NCBI GenBank assembly: GCA_964276515.1
Contig: OZ193909.1
Location: forward strand, 12,090,001-12,154,000
Direction of reading: 5' to 3'
DNA length: 64,000 nt
From: Gordius albopunctatus
Taxonomy: Eukaryota
Position numbers and translations under genes: made by a program. Under the pieces are notes generated by a model that was not told the origin of the DNA, searched no databases, and worked only from the letters and a program-made list of their open reading frames with translations. Positions within the stretch are counted from its first letter, which is position 1; every line of letters starts with the position of its first letter. Positions 24,481 to 64,000 of this stretch are shown here, piece after piece.

Positions 24481-25174
24481 TCACGGTTTTTCCGTGTTGT
24501 AGTTGCATACTACTGATGCCTCATCTCTCTCCCTCCTCGCTGTATGATACGCGCATTAACCCCTGCACGCGTATTTCCCCACACACACATCCCCACCTCA
24601 TCTCTCTCTCCTCGTTTTATTATATTTGTACGCGTACCAGTTCAGGTCACGCTTGAGTGATCGTATTGGAAAGAGAATCTTTCTTTGTTTGCTGCAATAT
24701 CATAAGAATTCATTCTATCTTTCTTTGTTCGCATTAATATAATGCGCATTAACTTTTTCGCGTTTTCTTACTGGATTATACATTTCTTTGTTCTTCGCGC
24801 GGAGATATTGGGACACTTATTATACTTATGAACATTATCGAAATCATTAAATTAAATTCGAATAAATAAAGGGTTGCTAATTAAATATCCTTAATGGAAA
24901 TTAAGGCAAGATCATATGAGTATTCTTAAATAAATGATAGAAATAGATACGCAACAATAACTCTAATCTAAATAATATTAATATTAGTTTATAATTCTTT
25001 ATTGGTATTTATATTTATAAATCTTTTAGTGGTGTCAGATAAATAAAGGGAAATTAATCAATATCATGATGCATGTTTTATTCCTTCCAATTTTTTCGCT
25101 TTTCGCTTTTTTTCGCATGGAATTCATTTAATATTTATTAATATGAATGACGCGCATGTGACCAAATGATGATA

Positions 25175-25668
25175 ATGATCTTACATGGTGGAAAAACCAC
25201 ACCTGTGAATTTTTTGTTATCTTAGTAAGCTAGCTACTCAATACTTAGCTACTCTAACCTCCTCTGGAAGTAGTGAAAGAACTTTTTCAGCTGCCGGCCG
25301 AGTTTTAGAAGAAAGGAGGCTACGGTTGAGCATGGAAAATCTAGAATCCATACTATACATCTATCATAATCTAAAACCTGGGGGTATTTAAAAATTTTAT
25401 AAGCTATATACTTTTAATTATTTTAAAGGTGAACCAATGGAAATTGAATTATTAAAAGATGGAATTGACACAGATAATTAATTTATATAATTTTATTGTA
25501 TTTTAATATATATCTAATATGAAAATAAATATATTTATACATTGTAAAGTGTGAATTAAATTTAGAAATAAAAAATATTTAAGATGGGCTGAGTTGGGCT
25601 GGGCTTAAAAAAAGTTTGTGAGCATGGGTTGGGCTGGGCCGGCAAAAATCCGCCCATGCCGGACTCTA
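25175..25668 (+). mobile_element. 3' end of a hAT transposon (hATC dimerisation domain pseudogene plus terminus)
   Basis: Reads LTWWKNH, a frameshift, then LSKLATQYLATLTSSGSSERTFSAAGRVLEERRLRLSMENLESIL. GGGCT subterminal repeats end in ...CCGGACTCTA. Confidence 0.85.
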
Positions 25669-26881
25669 CCGTCAATCGCTATCCGTCATTGTCCTTGATT
25701 GATCAGCTAGTATCGAACGGTGCGATTACGCGGTGGTATTTATCATTATGCAGGAATGTTGCATGTACAGGGCAGTGTGGTCAATTTGTGCTGATGAATA
25801 ATTCCAGTGAATTCTGCCGCTACAGAGCAATGCGTGTACGACGAGGTTTCGGATATTAATGTAGTAGTGCACGAGCTCACGTTTAACCCAGAAGCGAATT
25901 AATAAGAACATTTACGACGCTAAGCGTCGGTACACCTTCGGGTGTGGGCCCTACGGGTGCGGCATCTCTGACAAGTTTATTTAATTCGGAGGCTTAATGC
26001 CTGTTATGACGTGTTTTTTTGGCTTTAGGCCCTATCACCTTTAATTAGGTTCGATGAGGTCGAGTTTCCTGGGTGGGTGAATATTTTTGCCCCTGCGCAT
26101 GATTTATTTACATGTTGTGGTTAGTTACCGGAACGTCGCATGGAATATGTTGAAAGGCAATACCATCGTTGTCAGGTCCAATGTTACCGTTATGGAGTTC
26201 ATTGCTCCCAGGTGATTATGGTAGGCGGAGTTGCATTTTATGCGAGATACGCCTGTGATAAATTTTACACTTAGTGGTCTTGCTGGTGCCTGTGTCGGCG
26301 CCGATAGCTGGTGTGTGGTATAGCGACGTCACCTTTATTTAGAGAAAATATCGTACGCTTTCGGTCTAGAGGCTAGCAGCTCTTATTGAGTAGCAGCCTG
26401 AACGAATTAGAGTGGCGAAGATGTTTCTGTTTCGCTCTAGTGGAGAAAACATGGAAAGCTACTCGGGGTTACGTTAATGAAGACAATTGGATGGAGTATC
26501 CTGAGTCCAACGACGCTCGGATACAATAAACTCCCCCCCCCACCCCCCTAGCAAGCTCGATGGGAAAGTGCGATTCAATTTTTACGGTAAACGATAAAAT
26601 CAAATCTAGAAAACCAATCGGAAGACCGAGCCAGAAAATTATCCAGGAAACGTTCAATACAATTCGATACGTACGACAACTTATGCGGTCAAAAAACTCA
26701 AATCCGATGACCGTGTTTGGAGGTCAACACTTGGGTCGGAGGAGGTTATCTTGAAGGGTATGGTGTTGTAGTTGCATACTACTGATGCCCTCATCTCTCT
26801 CCCTCCTTTCTGTATGATACGCGCATTAATCCCTACACGTGTATTTCCCCCCCCCCCACACATACATACCCCCCTCATCTC

Positions 26882-27052
26882 CATAGGCATACACAGTAAA
26901 AGAGCGCCCCACCCCCTTCCCCCTAATTTACAAAAAAAAATTTCAATGCAAAACCATAGAAAAATTAAAAAAATATATGTTTTGCCCCCCTCTAAATGAA
27001 CTTTTAAACGTTTTGCCCCCCCCCCCCAATTTAAAACCTGGGTACGCCTATG
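26882..27052. mobile_element. hAT-type MITE inserted in the second LTR-like repeat
   Basis: TIRs CATAGGCATAC / GTACGCCTATG with an 8-bp TSD ctcatctc/ctcacctc. Absent from the first repeat copy. Confidence 0.85.
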
Positions 27053-27479
27053 CTCACCTCTCTCTCCTCGTTTTATTATATTTGTACGCGTACCAGTTCA
27101 GGTAACGCTTGAGTGATCGTACTAAGAAGAGAATCTTTCTTTGTTCGCTGCAATATCATGCGCGTTCTATATAATTAATAATTTCGCGTTTTCTTACTGG
27201 ATAATATATTCCTTTGTAATTTGCGCGGATATATTGGGACACTTCTTATACTTATGAACATTATCGAAATCATGAAATTAAATTCTAATAAATACATGGG
27301 TTTCTAAATAAAGGGAGATTAATTAATATCATGAAACGAAAGTATATAAGGTAAGATTAAAAATGAGTAACATATGTTTTATCTTTTATTAAATGGATTA
27401 ACGCAACAGATTTAATTGCTAACCTTTAATTCCTTAAATCATTTTGTTTGATATTCCGCATTACTAGTTTCAAGCTAAC

Positions 27480-28340
27480 TTCACATTTAAGTCTCCATAT
27501 ATCTTTGCCGAATTTTTTTTATCCAATTGGTCTCAAGCAACGGCGGTCCATTCGCATCAGCCACTAACAGTGGCAGAATTTTCCGCATCTCGCCTAGCCG
27601 CGACCCAACCTTTACGTCAGCAACTATCTTTATTTCTCTGTAACCATATCCGCAGACGACGGTTGGTAGCGGCACGTTTTAAATCTTGCTTGGCACGATC
27701 GTAACGGCAGACTCCATGTCCAATAAAAATTGACCCAAATTATTATTAATATCCAAATTGATAGTTAAAATATCTAAAGCATGGGTGTACCTGGTAAAGT
27801 TATCGACTGCTCTTGACGTATTCACCGCGAATGCTTATTCCGTTGGAAGGTGCATCGTTCTCAGATCCTCCTTTATCGCTTCCATCCCTAGTGCGAATTC
27901 CATGACCCTGTCTCATTTTAAGTCTCTTTCAGTCATTAATCTGGCTTGAACCGTCGGATTCAGCAATCACAAAATAAATTTGTCCATCGTTGGGTAACTC
28001 CCCACTTCCAAAGCCGTAGTTCCTTGATGTGGATTTAAGTCTGCGTACGAATTGCCGGCTGCCTTTCCATTTGTCTGATGTTTTCCAATCCGAATCTTTC
28101 AGCCAAGGGGCACTTTTTTCCTAAGAATGGTATCTTCAACTTGCTCGCTAATTCATCGAATGCCCATTCGGTTGGGTTGTCCGGAATCGCATCCTCTGCC
28201 ACCATCCAAAAGGCTTCAGTTGATAGACAACTTGACAGGTAGCATGTCTTTTAGAGAGGAATTGTTTGGCTAATGACGTAAGCTTCAAACTGTAAAAGAA
28301 AAAACTCAATAGAATCTCCCAATTTATCTAATTTAATGAT
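27480..28340 (-). pseudogene. Decayed Gypsy gag-protease remnant
   Basis: The minus strand reads FEAYVIS..TCYLSSCLSTEAF..PDNPTEWAFDEL..LAERF (gag-like) and INNNLGQFLLDMESAVTI...LPLLVADANGPPLL..NWI (retropepsin-like), with many frameshifts. Confidence 0.7.
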
Positions 28341-28518
28341 TTTCGACAGATATTTGTAGCTGGGGGGGGCCGCTCCTCTCTGCCCCCTTAGCTACGCCTA
28401 TTTAAATCATACTGTTAGTTAAAGTGTAGGCAATATTTGCTAAGTTGCATAATAAGTTCCTCTGTTACGAGTTAAAGTAATCCTTAAAAAACATATGGTA
28501 TAAACATATGGTTTAAAA

Positions 28519-62642
<34,124 letters not shown>

Positions 62643-64000
62643 ATTTTTCGTCATCTTTTTTGTATGTAATAATTGTCACCCAGCAGTCTTACAATATATT
62701 TTTTTATTTAATATGTCATTTGATATCACGTTTTTATGTCAATCCAAATACAATGTTTTTGGTATATTGTCTTGAAAATATAGTATATACTTTTATGGGG
62801 AAGCTTAGAATTTATAATTGTAAGATGCAAAACTACGATGAAATTTCCATTAGTTAGATGTTTATCATACTTCTTTATTATAATTCTTAATTTGAGTGTC
62901 AAATGGCATAATGATACAATCTTAGACCTTTATTTAGACTATGATTTCAATTATAATAAAAATTATAATATTTTAAATTGCAAATTTTGTTTTTAAAGTA
63001 TAGTAAAAATCGTAATACTAGATATATTTGATGCATTTTAATTATGTTTTGGAAAGTGGTGTCTCAGGTATAGCTGCCCGAGACCAAGCTCTGAAGATTT
63101 GGGTAATAAAGATAATGAGATTTATACATAATTTTTGTTGGTGTAATTTTTATCCACGTTCCATAGGTCATTTTTTTCTTTGACCATATATTATTTAAGT
63201 GCTTCTCATCGTAACGAAACAGAGACTTTTAGGAATCAGGTACTTAATTTGGTCTATAAGAATATCAAATTATTAATAATGCAAAAAAAATTGAAAATGT
63301 TTTTTTAATTGCTATGCAATTTATAATTTTATATTATTTATCTTCTCATGTATAGCCCCCATATACAATAATTAAAAAGAATAAAATATTTCTAGCTTTA
63401 ATATCATTTGTATATCAATGAGGTGATATTTTTCTATAATTGGCGGAATTAATTTAGAGCCCCATTAATTTGGGCCTGAAGGGCTTTTATATAAATTTGG
63501 ACTCGGCAGCTTTAATGATTCATGCATGGCTGAATTGAGATTTAGACGGGTAGGGCAATTTATTTATAAAATCTAGCTGTTCAGTAGAAAATCTTGAAAA
63601 CGCTCACCACTAATAGCTGCTCTATTCAATATTTTATCTATATTATAAATCATAATATTCACAAATGATTTTAAAAGTTTGACGCTTAATTTTAACACCT
63701 AAGGGCTTGTCTTAATATCGGATTTTAACGCGCAGCAAAAATCGTCATACGTGTTTTAACATAGCCGTGTCTAAATATCCGATTTACATGAGATTTCGTT
63801 TTTAGACGCATCATAACATAACAGCGATTTTGTAGGATGCAAAACTTTTCCTAGGCTTAAATTTTGTATGTTTTTAAATTTTAAGGTATCAGTAAAGTTT
63901 AGATTTAATCTCAAGACTTGAAATAAACAAAAAACGTTTTTAACTATCAAAAAACAAAATATTTATAATTACAACCGAGTTTGACCCATAAAATTGAATC

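Larger units (their letters stand above)
24495..27331 (+). mobile_element. Pair of ~570-bp LTR-like direct repeats (24495-25066 and 26764-27331) around a non-coding or decayed interior
   Basis: Both copies begin TGTTGTAGTTGCATACTACTGATG and end ...AATATCA. A purine-rich tract precedes the second copy. No TSD recognised. Confidence 0.6.

Overview
AT-rich animal (invertebrate-type) nuclear DNA with spliceosomal GT-AG introns, many only 34-45 nt long. Three host genes can be assembled by eye: cytosolic ribosomal protein L17 (RPL17, minus, 6541-7255), mitochondrial ribosomal protein S10 (MRPS10, minus, 17648-19256) and an apparently complete neurofibromin gene (NF1, plus, 28519-62642, about 60 exons) with an intact Ras-GAP catalytic motif set and several large low-complexity insertions. 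Intergenic and intronic DNA is a nested transposon mosaic. It includes a non-autonomous Helitron with insect-type termini, a Helentron/HINE-like family carrying tandem tRNA-B-box repeats, three RTE LINE copies (one near full length) and a CRE-clade non-LTR fragment that the ORF track misses and that is fused to an RTE 3' end. There are also Ty3/Gypsy pol, gag and LTR remnants, hAT remnants, several MITE families and a tRNA-derived SINE with a 16-bp TSD. I found no CRISPR array, rRNA or genuine tRNA gene. I did not find a clearly novel biological system; the best leads are listed as findings. All family assignments rest on remembered motifs, not on database searches.
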